Positions 15,812 through 23,989 are shown, counted from the first letter of the stretch. The stretch: 32,000 nt of DNA from Vulcanisaeta distributa DSM 14429 (GCF_000148385.1 NC_014537.1:2250001-2282000); one strand, 5' to 3'. Notes: generated by a model from the sequence alone, not told the origin. Numbers and translations are program-made.

Positions 15812-16295
15812 GGAGTTCGTGTTTAACGAGGGTTGCGTGGTCATTGATAATGTCAGGTTGCCCATTGACGTGGCCAGGGCATTGAGTAATTATGGTTGCT
15901 CCTTCACAGGCTGGACCGCCCTAGCCATACACGCGGGGAGCAAGTTGTTGATTCTATACCACCCGAATTACCTCGAGATCGCGTGCCCGGACATCGAGGC
16001 CGTGGTCAGCGGGCTCAGGAGGCTCGAACTAGTGATTTGGCGTGGGAGGCGCTGGGCCACGGTTGGTTGGGTCTACAGACCGCTCAGGGTGGCGCTCGGT
16101 GAATTGAGGATCTTCAGTGAGGAGGTTAGTAGCGAGGGTGAGAGGTGTGGGTTGGGCGTGGCCTCGATAATCGACGCCGCCAGGCACATAATGCGGTTTA
16201 GGGAGCGCGTGAGGGACCTCAGGCTTGTTGAGAGGTACTCAAACGGCAGGGTTAGAATACCCACGGGATTGATGACGGCAAAACACCATTTTTAA
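15804..16295 (+). CDS. hypothetical protein, apparent degenerate paralogue of the upstream NTase-fold protein
   Basis: ATG 15804 overlaps the upstream stop by 8 nt. The sequence is colinear by eye (ALSNYGCSFTGWTALAIHAG vs LRKLGFRVFLIGARALAFYG; RGRRW vs WRRWG), but the acidic DxD pair is absent. Confidence 0.5.
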   Translation: MVREFVFNEGCVVIDNVRLPIDVARALSNYGCSFTGWTALAIHAGSKLLILYHPNYLEIACPDIEAVVSGLRRLELVIWRGRRWATVGWVYRPLRVALGELRIFSEEVSSEGERCGLGVASIIDAARHIMRFRERVRDLRLVERYSNGRVRIPTGLMTAKHHF

Positions 16296-16316
16296 CGGGT
16301 GAAGCATCAATCCACA

Positions 16317-16580
16317 TCACTGGTCAAGACCACCCCTCAACTCCCTCAAGGCCTCAACAGCACCCCTGATATACTCCTCCTCCCTATCAGGAACCACAGC
16401 ACCATAAATAGTCAAAGTCCTCCACTGAGTCCTGGTAGCATACACATACTCAGCAGGACCCACATAACAACGAGAACCATCACCATGATAAAACCTGAAA
16501 TAAACCCTACCATTAGACCTAAACGAATGCACAGACCTAACAACCCTCCCACACCTCGGACAAATCAACACCTCACCCAT
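16317..16580 (-). CDS. small zinc-ribbon protein (CPRCG ... HGDGSRC)
   Basis: The TATA TTTATAAG (minus strand, 16603-16610) is centred 27 nt upstream of ATG 16580 (MGEVLICPRCG...). The track start 16601 would overlap that TATA. Confidence 0.55.
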   Translation of the reverse strand: MGEVLICPRCGRVVRSVHSFRSNGRVYFRFYHGDGSRCYVGPAEYVYATRTQWRTLTIYGAVVPDREEEYIRGAVEALRELRGGLDQ

Positions 16581-16602
16581 CAATAAACAAAACCCAACCA
16601 AA

Positions 16603-16610
16603 CTTATAAA
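16603..16610 (-). promoter_or_regulatory. TATA box of the Zn-ribbon gene
   Basis: TTTATAAG on the minus strand, 27 nt from ATG 16580. Confidence 0.45.
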
Positions 16611-16768
16611 TTACTTTCACCATTAATAATACCTATTATATTAATAAAAATTTCATAATATAACAAAACTACGGTAATTATACAACCAAACAAACATCAA
16701 ATACAGCAAACCACAACCACAAGACACATCACCCATTTTCCTTCACTAATTCGGCACATTATGACTAT

Positions 16769-16822
16769 TTTCCAATAATTCGAGCCATGGCAAAATTTTG
16801 CCACGGAACGATTTAAGGAATA
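16769..16822 (-). repeat. right copy (inverted) of the 54-bp repeat (16-bp palindrome at 16788-16803)
   Basis: Exact reverse complement of 13881-13934. The outward flank 16823-16842 still matches the reverse complement of 13861-13880 at 11/20, and 8 of the 9 mismatches are transitions. Confidence 0.95.
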
Positions 16823-16868
16823 TATTTTTAAATTCTTTTTATGGTTTGTCTTTCGTGGTTTGTGCGTT

Positions 16869-16879
16869 GTTTTTAAATT
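16869..16879 (+). promoter_or_regulatory. TATA box of the mannosidase gene
   Basis: GTTTTTAAATT, preceded by TTCGTGGTTTGTG (16852-16864), and centred about 28 nt upstream of GTG 16902. Confidence 0.45.
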
Positions 16880-16901
16880 GGTGTTTGTTATTTCGTTGTT
16901 G

Positions 16902-19829
16902 GTGTTTGTGGGTTTTGATTTGAGGGATGTTGGTGGTGTTAGGACTAAGTTGTTTTATCTTGAGGCTGCTTCCATAATGGGTGTTGATGCTGTTAATCTT
17001 GAGGCCTGTGGTGGTGCTCTCTGTGGTTCTGTTGTGGTTAGGGATTTTGGTGAGCCTTGGTTTTTTGTTGATGTTGTTGGTGAGGGTACTCTCAGGGTTG
17101 ATGATCTTCAGTTCGCTGTTTTTAATTACGGTGATGAGGGTGAGAGTAGGTGGGTTAGGGCTTCCCCAGGTAGGCATTCCCTATCGCTTGTTTTGTCCCC
17201 TGTTAGGATGTTTGGTGAGCGTAGGGTTAGTTTCAATGGTATGTACGTTGTTTATAGGGAGCCATCACTGTTCAGTTTTGTCCTTAGGGCTAAGCTCCTG
17301 CTTGATGTTGCCGAGGCCTTCGAGGACCTAAGGACTGACTACCTCAAGGTACTTAATGAGGCCCTTGACGCGGTTCCCCTGGACTCCGTGGCTAATTGGC
17401 AGTTGGAGTTCGCGGTTAGGGCTCATATTGTTGAGCCTCCAGGCTTTGTTAGGGCGTTGTTTAATTACTACGATGCCAAGGAGCTGACGCACCTGAGGCC
17501 GCCTGATTTCAGCGAGCTTGGTAGGGCTGCTAAGGAGGGTTTGAGGATCCTTGAGGAGGGTATTGAGGGGTTGAGGGTTAGGAGGGGTCATAGGGGCGTT
17601 GTTTATGTTGCTGGTCACGCGCACATAGACCTTGGCTGGCTTTGGAGTAGGGACGTGACCAGGGAGAAGGTTAGGAGGACAATCATCAACGTCCTATCGC
17701 TACTTCAGTCGTACCCGGAGCTCACATTCCTCGTGTCTAACATGGCGTACCTAAGGTGGCTTAGTGAGGATAGGGATTTGTGGGTTAGGGTTAGGGAGGC
17801 CGTTAAGGCCGGTAGGATAGTGCCCGTGGGCGGTATGTGGGTTGAGAGTGATGCTAACTTGCCCGGTGGTGAATCCCTGGTGAGGCAGTTCCTATACGGG
17901 CAGAGGTTCCTCCTCAGGGGGTTTGGCTTCACCACGGAGATTGGTTGGTTGCCCGACACCTTCGGATTCCCAGCATCACTACCACAAATACTAAGGAAGG
18001 CGGGGATTAGGGTGTTCTTTGAGCATAAGATGTATTGGAACACGGTCAATAGATTCCCATACTCCGTATTCCTTTGGGAGGGGATTGATGGCTCGGTGAT
18101 ACCCACAATAAACTATGCAACCTACGGCGCCGACTTAACGCCTAGGCAAATAGCCAGGGCCTGGTCAGACCACACAAGCCCCGAGCTACCGGCCTTCCTA
18201 CCCTTCGGTAAGGGTGATGGTGGTGGGGGACCGACATGGCTAATGCTCGAGAGGTACAGGGTGTATAGGGACTTGCCAGGTATGCCGAGGCTCATCATGG
18301 GTAATCTAAAGGACTTAATTAGTGAGGTTGTGAGGGACGACTCATTACCGAGGTGGAGGGGTGAGCTATACCTTGAGATTCACAGGGGGGTTTACACGAA
18401 TGGTATAAGGCTTAAGCAGTTGGTTAGGGCTCTCGAGACGAAGCTTAGGGAATTGGAGACCTTCAGTGTAATTGCCGGTGTAAGGAGGAGTTATGAGGAG
18501 CTTTGGTATCCACTACTCGAGGCTGAGTACCACGACCCAATGGGGGCTACGTCGACGAAGTCCGTATATGATGAGGTGGTCAATGAGCTCGAGGAGGACT
18601 TGAAGAGGGTTGATGGGGAGTTGATGAACGTGCTCAGGAAGACCCTTGGCACAGGCTGCTTCGTAACGATCGTTAACCCACTGCCCTGGGCCCGTAGGGA
18701 GTTGGTCATGGTTAGGGAGGAGCTGAGTGGTGTGGCAACGCAGAGGGTTGGCAATGGTTACCTGGCGCTCATTGAGGTCCCGGCCCTTGGCTGGAGGTCC
18801 TTCGAGAAGGGCCCAGGGAACTCCATGGGTGACGTAACCGTGGGTAGTAACTATGTCGAGAATTCCGTGGTTAGGGTTGTGTTTGATGGTTCGTTGAGGA
18901 TCTACGATAAGGAGGTTGGGAGGTGGGCCGTTGAGGACGGCTATTTAATGGCCTGTGAGGATATGCCGAGTCGATGGGATGGATGGGACATAGACGCTTA
19001 CTACAGGAGGGTTTGTAGGAGGTTGGAACCGACTGGGTTTAGCGTCGTGGAGGGTGGACCGTTGAGGGGTTGTATTGAGGTTAATTATAGGTTTAGGGAG
19101 TCGAGTATTAGGCAGAGGATTTGCGTGAATGCCTTCAGTAGGCGTGTTGATGTGGAGAATGAGGTTGACTGGAGGGAGAGGTTAACGCTTCTGAAGGCCG
19201 TTTATAAACTCGGCATATTCGGGCATAGCGCATCCTTTGAGGTACCCTACGGCGTGGTTAATAGGCCGACGAGGCCGAGCAATACCTGGGAGGTGGCTAA
19301 GTTTGAGGTACCCGCCCTGCGTTGGGTCGATGTTTGGGACCCAGACTACGGCGTCGCCATACTTAATGATGGTAGGCAGGGCTACTCAGTTGAGGAGAAT
19401 ACCGTGACAATAACACTACTCAGGTCACCCATTTACCCGAACCCATTCCTGGACTACGGCCATAACAAGTTCACCTACGCCATATACCCACACTCAGGTG
19501 ATTGGAGGACTGCCCAAGTGCCCAGGAGGGCTTATGAGTTCAATCAACCACTAATTATTGTTGAGGGTACGGCGGGCGGCGACTCATCATTCCTCGAGAT
19601 CACAAACCCAGCAATAATGCTCGAGGCCCTTAAGTGGGGTGAGGACTCGGGGATTGTACTAAGGCTTTACGAGACCTACGGAGTAAACACATGCACCGAG
19701 GTCAGGGGCTTCATCAAGGGTGAAGGCGTTGAGACCGACCTCCTCGAGCTAAACAATTACGGCAATGCGGACCTGGGCAACCTCTGCTTTAGGCCCTTCG
19801 AGATAAAGACAATACTAGTCAAGTCATGA
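16902..19829 (+). CDS. GH38-family alpha-mannosidase
   Basis: About 975-989 aa. The GH38 metal/catalytic motif VAGHAHIDLGWLW is present. Start is uncertain: the track gives TTG 16860, promoter spacing favours TTG/GTG at 16896-16902, and the first ATG is at 16977. Confidence 0.85.
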   Translation: MFVGFDLRDVGGVRTKLFYLEAASIMGVDAVNLEACGGALCGSVVVRDFGEPWFFVDVVGEGTLRVDDLQFAVFNYGDEGESRWVRASPGRHSLSLVLSPVRMFGERRVSFNGMYVVYREPSLFSFVLRAKLLLDVAEAFEDLRTDYLKVLNEALDAVPLDSVANWQLEFAVRAHIVEPPGFVRALFNYYDAKELTHLRPPDFSELGRAAKEGLRILEEGIEGLRVRRGHRGVVYVAGHAHIDLGWLWSRDVTREKVRRTIINVLSLLQSYPELTFLVSNMAYLRWLSEDRDLWVRVREAVKAGRIVPVGGMWVESDANLPGGESLVRQFLYGQRFLLRGFGFTTEIGWLPDTFGFPASLPQILRKAGIRVFFEHKMYWNTVNRFPYSVFLWEGIDGSVIPTINYATYGADLTPRQIARAWSDHTSPELPAFLPFGKGDGGGGPTWLMLERYRVYRDLPGMPRLIMGNLKDLISEVVRDDSLPRWRGELYLEIHRGVYTNGIRLKQLVRALETKLRELETFSVIAGVRRSYEELWYPLLEAEYHDPMGATSTKSVYDEVVNELEEDLKRVDGELMNVLRKTLGTGCFVTIVNPLPWARRELVMVREELSGVATQRVGNGYLALIEVPALGWRSFEKGPGNSMGDVTVGSNYVENSVVRVVFDGSLRIYDKEVGRWAVEDGYLMACEDMPSRWDGWDIDAYYRRVCRRLEPTGFSVVEGGPLRGCIEVNYRFRESSIRQRICVNAFSRRVDVENEVDWRERLTLLKAVYKLGIFGHSASFEVPYGVVNRPTRPSNTWEVAKFEVPALRWVDVWDPDYGVAILNDGRQGYSVEENTVTITLLRSPIYPNPFLDYGHNKFTYAIYPHSGDWRTAQVPRRAYEFNQPLIIVEGTAGGDSSFLEITNPAIMLEALKWGEDSGIVLRLYETYGVNTCTEVRGFIKGEGVETDLLELNNYGNADLGNLCFRPFEIKTILVKS

Positions 19830-20057
19830 CGTGGCCGGGCTGATGAATAGTACCGTGTCACCCCTAATAATCATTAAACCACCCTTAACACCGCCCTTCG
19901 GATTGACCTCCTCCGTATTCGTAAGCAGTAGGTTAAGGTGCTGGTCATAACCAACGAGGACGCCCCTAATCTCAGTACCGTTCCTAAGCTTCACTAGAAT
20001 CACCTTATTCAAACTCTTCTGCAGCTCCTCATTAACAATCTCCATACAGCGAGGCAT
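19824..20057 (-). CDS. Sm-like (LSm) archaeal protein
   Basis: 77 aa. Sm1/Sm2 motifs VILVKLRNGTEIRGVLVGYDQHLNLLL ... IIRGDTVLFIS. TATA CTTTAAAATA lies about 26 nt upstream of ATG 20057. Confidence 0.88.
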   Translation of the reverse strand: MPRCMEIVNEELQKSLNKVILVKLRNGTEIRGVLVGYDQHLNLLLTNTEEVNPKGGVKGGLMIIRGDTVLFISPATS

Positions 20058-20214
20058 TGGGGCTAACCCAAAAACAATATTTTAAAGGTTAATCTCCACA
20101 AGGTACCCACGAAAAACCACGCAGTAAAGCAACGATGGTGCAGAATAAGGGTAAAATCAGAATGAATTACGTAATTATTAAGAACGGTGATTAATTAGGA
20201 AGGACTGAGCATTA

Positions 20215-20292
20215 TGGGGCCGGGGCCGGGATTTGAACCCGGGTTCACGGGCTCCACAGGCCCGCATGCTTTCCAGGCTGCACCACCCCGGC
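20215..20292 (-). tRNA. tRNA-His (GUG), intron-less, CCA encoded, discriminator C73, no encoded G-1
   Basis: Reverse complement: GCCGGGG TG GTGC AGCCTGGAAA GCAT G CGGGC CTGTGGA GCCCG TGAAC CCGGG TTCAAAT CCCGG CCCCGGC C CCA. Confidence 0.9.
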
Positions 20293-20486
20293 AATGGTAT
20301 TCCTATCATCCATACTTTTAAGTTTTTGTCCCTGTTGCTCCGTATTTATTGAGTGCGTTTATTCACTTTTTCTACTTCCTTCTTATGCAGAGCTTCACGT
20401 TCAACTTATCATTTATTTTTCAGTTATTTTCTCATTTTGCTTTTGTAGAATGGTTTAAATACCCAACTTCCTCCATCGTTTGTTGT

Positions 20487-20924
20487 ATGAATGAGGAAAT
20501 TCAGGAAAGCGTGGTTTTTGCAAACCTGGTTTTCGTGGTAATGACAGCCATCTACTCACTGGCCTTTCAATTAATACTGCTATTTAATGATTCATTAACA
20601 ACCATAGGCTTAAGTATTGCCGCATGGCTTATACTTGCCTATGCATTGGTCGCTAGGCGTGGTCCCTGGGCCCTTCTATACGCTAAGGTCCACAGGGCAC
20701 TGACTGGTGTTAATGTCCTTGGTATCACTAGAATCGAGAGACTTTTACTAATGCCCTACGTAATTAACTACGCAATTGCCATATTACTCACGGCATTTAC
20801 TGGATATTCAATATTGAGTCTTGCCCTGAGGATCATAGTCACGATGCCAATGTTCATAATGATTGGTGAATTCGCAGTATTACCGCGAGTGGTAATGAGC
20901 AATCACGCTAAAATGTCCTGGTAA
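20487..20924 (+). CDS. hypothetical membrane protein
   Basis: Hydrophobic ORF. ATG 20487 (MNEEIQ...) lies about 29 nt after the TATA-like GTTTAAATAC (20453-20462). The track start TTG 20349 is probably over-extended. Confidence 0.45.
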   Translation: MNEEIQESVVFANLVFVVMTAIYSLAFQLILLFNDSLTTIGLSIAAWLILAYALVARRGPWALLYAKVHRALTGVNVLGITRIERLLLMPYVINYAIAILLTAFTGYSILSLALRIIVTMPMFIMIGEFAVLPRVVMSNHAKMSW

Positions 20925-21042
20925 TTGCCATTAATTACTTAACTGTTAATTATCAATTAAATATTGACCATGTTCTTACGCGACTTTAAGCACTGAATAA
21001 GTATTTTATCAGTTTAAATCGGTGGTTGAGGATTACGTTATA

Positions 21043-21178
21043 GCCCCGAGGTCCCGGCACGCCGGTTTCCCGCGGCCTCGCGGACCGCAGTACTCCCGAA
21101 CGCGGCAGGGCGTTTCACTTCCGGGTTCTGGCGAGTCCGGGTGGTGCCACCCTGCCTATGGCCGGGTTACCTCGGTTT
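21043..21178 (-). rRNA. 5S ribosomal RNA
   Basis: The reverse complement reads ACCGAGGTAACCCGGCCATAGGCAGGGTGGCACCACCCGGACTCGCCAGAACCCGGAAGTGAAACGCCC...GCCGGGACCTCGGGGC. It has the conserved CACCCGGACTC...GAACCCGGAAGT core and a closing helix (CCGAGGT/ACCTCGG, CCCGGC/GCCGGG). Ends are accurate to about 3 nt. Confidence 0.85.
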
Positions 21179-21257
21179 GGCCGTTAATGACGTGCTCACC
21201 CCAGTTTTTAAGCTTTATTTACCTTAAAACGACCGAGGCTCTTAAGGTCGCGAAGAT

Positions 21258-21335
<78 letters not shown>

Positions 21336-21386
21336 GGTTATTAATTATTTAAGGCATATATTAAGTTTTTATTGTTGGTTCGTAAC

Positions 21387-22271
21387 TCACGTTGGTATTA
21401 TTAAGGCTGCGCCGTATATTAGGCAGTATATTGTGTATAGTAGTCCCGTCCTTGCATCTATATCGTGTGCATTGTCCCTGAAGGCCCTCGCCAGTCTTGG
21501 TATTAGGGCTGCCGTGGGTAGCGTGGCCAGTGCGGTGTATGGTAGTATGCCGGTGATTACCAATGCCGTGTTGACTATGTAGGCCGTAATTAATGAGCCT
21601 ATGTATATTTGATAGCCGTACTTAGCCGTTAACATGGCCAAAGTCCTAATTCCGGCCTTGGCATCGTATTCCCTATCCCTATAGTTGTTTGCGTATATTA
21701 TCGAGAACATTATGAGGAATGGCGGTAATGAGACAAGGAGCACGCTTAGTGGTAGTGAGCCGCCGGATGCAGCCGCAAAGAAGCCGCTGACAAGTAATGG
21801 GCCCCAGGTCAATGCAACCGATAACTCACCAAGCCTCCTGTACTTAAGTGTGAAGGGTGGGCCTGTGTAGGCGTAGAGTAGGAATACACCAAGTAACCCA
21901 AGCGCTAGTATTAGGTAGCCCTCCATCACCGTTAGATACACGCCGATTGAGGCCCCCGCAATAATTAATGAGAATCCCAGGTTCCTAACGAATGATGGGC
22001 TTACCGTACCCATGACCAGCGGTTGACGCCTATAAACAGCCGTGGGTGAGTTTGGGCTGTCAACACCGTGTATGAAGTCGTAGTAGTCATTAAGCACGTT
22101 GACACTGGCATGAAGAAGTAAGGCGCCCGCCACAGCCATTACTGAGTACACAATTCTCAAGCCGTAGTAAAGCCCAAGGTGGTAGGCATAGCCAATACCG
22201 ACTAGGGAAACGGCTAACGTCATTAATAGGCTCCATGCCCTGATAAGTCCGAGGATGTCGCCCTTATTCAT
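21387..22271 (-). CDS. UbiA-family aromatic prenyltransferase, MenA-like
   Basis: 294 aa, polytopic. First Asp-rich motif NVLNDYYDFIHGVD, second NNYRDREYDAKAGIRTLA. Confidence 0.78.
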   Translation of the reverse strand: MNKGDILGLIRAWSLLMTLAVSLVGIGYAYHLGLYYGLRIVYSVMAVAGALLLHASVNVLNDYYDFIHGVDSPNSPTAVYRRQPLVMGTVSPSFVRNLGFSLIIAGASIGVYLTVMEGYLILALGLLGVFLLYAYTGPPFTLKYRRLGELSVALTWGPLLVSGFFAAASGGSLPLSVLLVSLPPFLIMFSIIYANNYRDREYDAKAGIRTLAMLTAKYGYQIYIGSLITAYIVNTALVITGILPYTALATLPTAALIPRLARAFRDNAHDIDARTGLLYTIYCLIYGAALIIPT

Positions 22272-22353
22272 TAATATTCAATTCAATTATTAATCATTTA
22301 AAAGCATTATTTTCTATATTAAGTAAAATAACCATGGCACGAGCCGCGCATCG

Positions 22354-22974
22354 CTACGAAACCAGTGGGAGGAGCACCATCATCAACTCTAGCCACACTA
22401 CGTGGGTTATTATTGAGGCCGTGAGGCCAGCCTTATCCGCAAGTACACCATCAACAAGCCCAATGGCGAAGGCCCCGGCAATTAGGGCTGGATTTAACGT
22501 GGATATGTGGACGAGCGTGTAATAAATCATTGACGCTATCCAGGGCTCACCATTAAAAATGCCGCCTAATCCCCTCGCCAATTCCTGAAGACCACCCCTC
22601 CAGTAAACCTCCTCCATGAACCCAATGATCACCAGGGCAATGGATAAGGCATAGGCATTGACCATGCCCCTAACCATTTCATAAACGATGACCACATAAC
22701 CCGCAAGCCCCATGTATTTAAGCAACGCATAACCACCAATAAAGACCATGTAGAGGACGCCGGACATAATAAGGCCAAGTACTATCACCACCACGGCGTT
22801 GATCCTAAACCACCGAAGCCTATCCCTAAACCAAGCCAGTGACAATGAACCAAGCAGTAACGTTGATAATGCCATGCCATAGACAAAGTACCTACTAAAC
22901 ACGTCGAAGGAAAGCGGCCACAAAACCAGGGGTAGCACTATGTAAGCCACGTCCCTAGCCCTAGTCCCACTCAT
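22354..22974 (-). CDS. CPBP-family intramembrane glutamic protease (CAAX protease/Abi-like)
   Basis: 206 aa membrane protein with EEVYWR (EExxxR), YTLVH and ITHVVW motifs. Confidence 0.7.
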   Translation of the reverse strand: MSGTRARDVAYIVLPLVLWPLSFDVFSRYFVYGMALSTLLLGSLSLAWFRDRLRWFRINAVVVIVLGLIMSGVLYMVFIGGYALLKYMGLAGYVVIVYEMVRGMVNAYALSIALVIIGFMEEVYWRGGLQELARGLGGIFNGEPWIASMIYYTLVHISTLNPALIAGAFAIGLVDGVLADKAGLTASIITHVVWLELMMVLLPLVS

Positions 22975-23989
22975 GACGCATCACCACCTTACCAACCACA
23001 CCCCTGCTCTCCATCAATTCATGGAGGGTCGGCGCCTCCTTAACCGTGGCCACCCTACTTATGAATGGCTTAATGCCCTTACTAACCATGAAGTCAATTA
23101 CCTCCCTAAGGTACGCCTTAGACGCATTATGAATGCCGATTAACCTCGTATGCCTCAGATAAAACCTCCTAATGTCGACCTGGACAATTGGTGACTTCCC
23201 AAGGACTCCAAACGCGACCACGGTGCCCCCAGGCCTAATGGCTTCAAGGGCCATGGGCAGTGTATCGCCAATACTATCTATGGCCACGTCGACGCCGCCA
23301 TCAGTATTCTCATTGACAAGCCTCATCAGCTCCTCCCTATCATAGCCAACAACCACGTCAGCACCAAGGGACTTCAAAAGACTGGGCCTCGTGGTAACGG
23401 CGATTACCCTGGCTCCCAACGCCTTAGTCAATATTGTTAATGCAGTGCCAATGCCGCCAGACCCACCAAGGACCAAAACCCAATCCCCTGGGCCAACATT
23501 AGCGACCCTAAGGGCCTTCCAGGAAACGCTATAGGCCAGCGGCAATACGGCCAATTCATTAATGCTCAACTCCCTAGGCGCCTTGACAAGGGCCTTAACG
23601 GGGACTCTAACCAACTCGCCGTATCCACCCCAAACATGAAAGCCAGGCATGGTCCATGAGGGACAGTGATCCTCCATGCCAGCCCTACAGAACCTGCACG
23701 ATCCACAACCCCACACATTACTGACCAGGACTAAATCGCCAATCCTGAAATCACCGAGGTCCGTGCCCGGCCCAGCGGACTCTACATAGCCAACTATGTC
23801 GGCGCCAGGCACGTGAGGAAACTTAACGGGTATTCCTGGGTAGCCCCTACGCACTATTGCATCAATTCTATTCAACGAGGTGGCCAAGACCCTAACAACG
23901 ACCTCGCCAGGGCTCGGCCTAGGGTCCGGGAACTCCATAACCCTAAGCACGTTGGGGTCTCCATGCCTATCAAAGCCCACTGCCCTCAT
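22961..23989 (-). CDS. MDR-superfamily NAD(P)-dependent oxidoreductase (Zn-ADH/quinone reductase-like)
   Basis: 342 aa. Structural-zinc cluster CGSCRFCRAGMEDHC, Rossmann motif GGSGGIGTA. PGADIVGYV replaces the classic GHE motif. Overlaps the CPBP gene by 14 nt. Confidence 0.85.
   Translation of the reverse strand: MRAVGFDRHGDPNVLRVMEFPDPRPSPGEVVVRVLATSLNRIDAIVRRGYPGIPVKFPHVPGADIVGYVESAGPGTDLGDFRIGDLVLVSNVWGCGSCRFCRAGMEDHCPSWTMPGFHVWGGYGELVRVPVKALVKAPRELSINELAVLPLAYSVSWKALRVANVGPGDWVLVLGGSGGIGTALTILTKALGARVIAVTTRPSLLKSLGADVVVGYDREELMRLVNENTDGGVDVAIDSIGDTLPMALEAIRPGGTVVAFGVLGKSPIVQVDIRRFYLRHTRLIGIHNASKAYLREVIDFMVSKGIKPFISRVATVKEAPTLHELMESRGVVGKVVMRHEWD

Noticed and set aside
13881-16822. Classical IS element or transposon bounded by the inverted repeats
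   Set aside because: No transposase, integrase or recombinase-like ORF lies inside or next to the cassette, and I saw no target-site duplication flanking the repeats. It is reported as an inverted-repeat cassette of unknown mechanism.
16839-17177. P/T/N/K/Q-rich ORFs (also 13935-14129, 16299-16586, 9368-9694, 9453-9638)
   Set aside because: All lie antisense to (or, for 16299-16586, opposite) the G+T-skewed 5' ends of real genes. A/C-rich antisense sequence lacks stop codons, so these are compositional artefacts.
20161-20208. C/D-box-like pattern (GTGATTA ... 11 nt ... CTGA) next to the tRNA-His 3' end
   Set aside because: The C-like box is imperfect, the guide spacing is 11 nt, and there is no convincing partner C/D' pair upstream.
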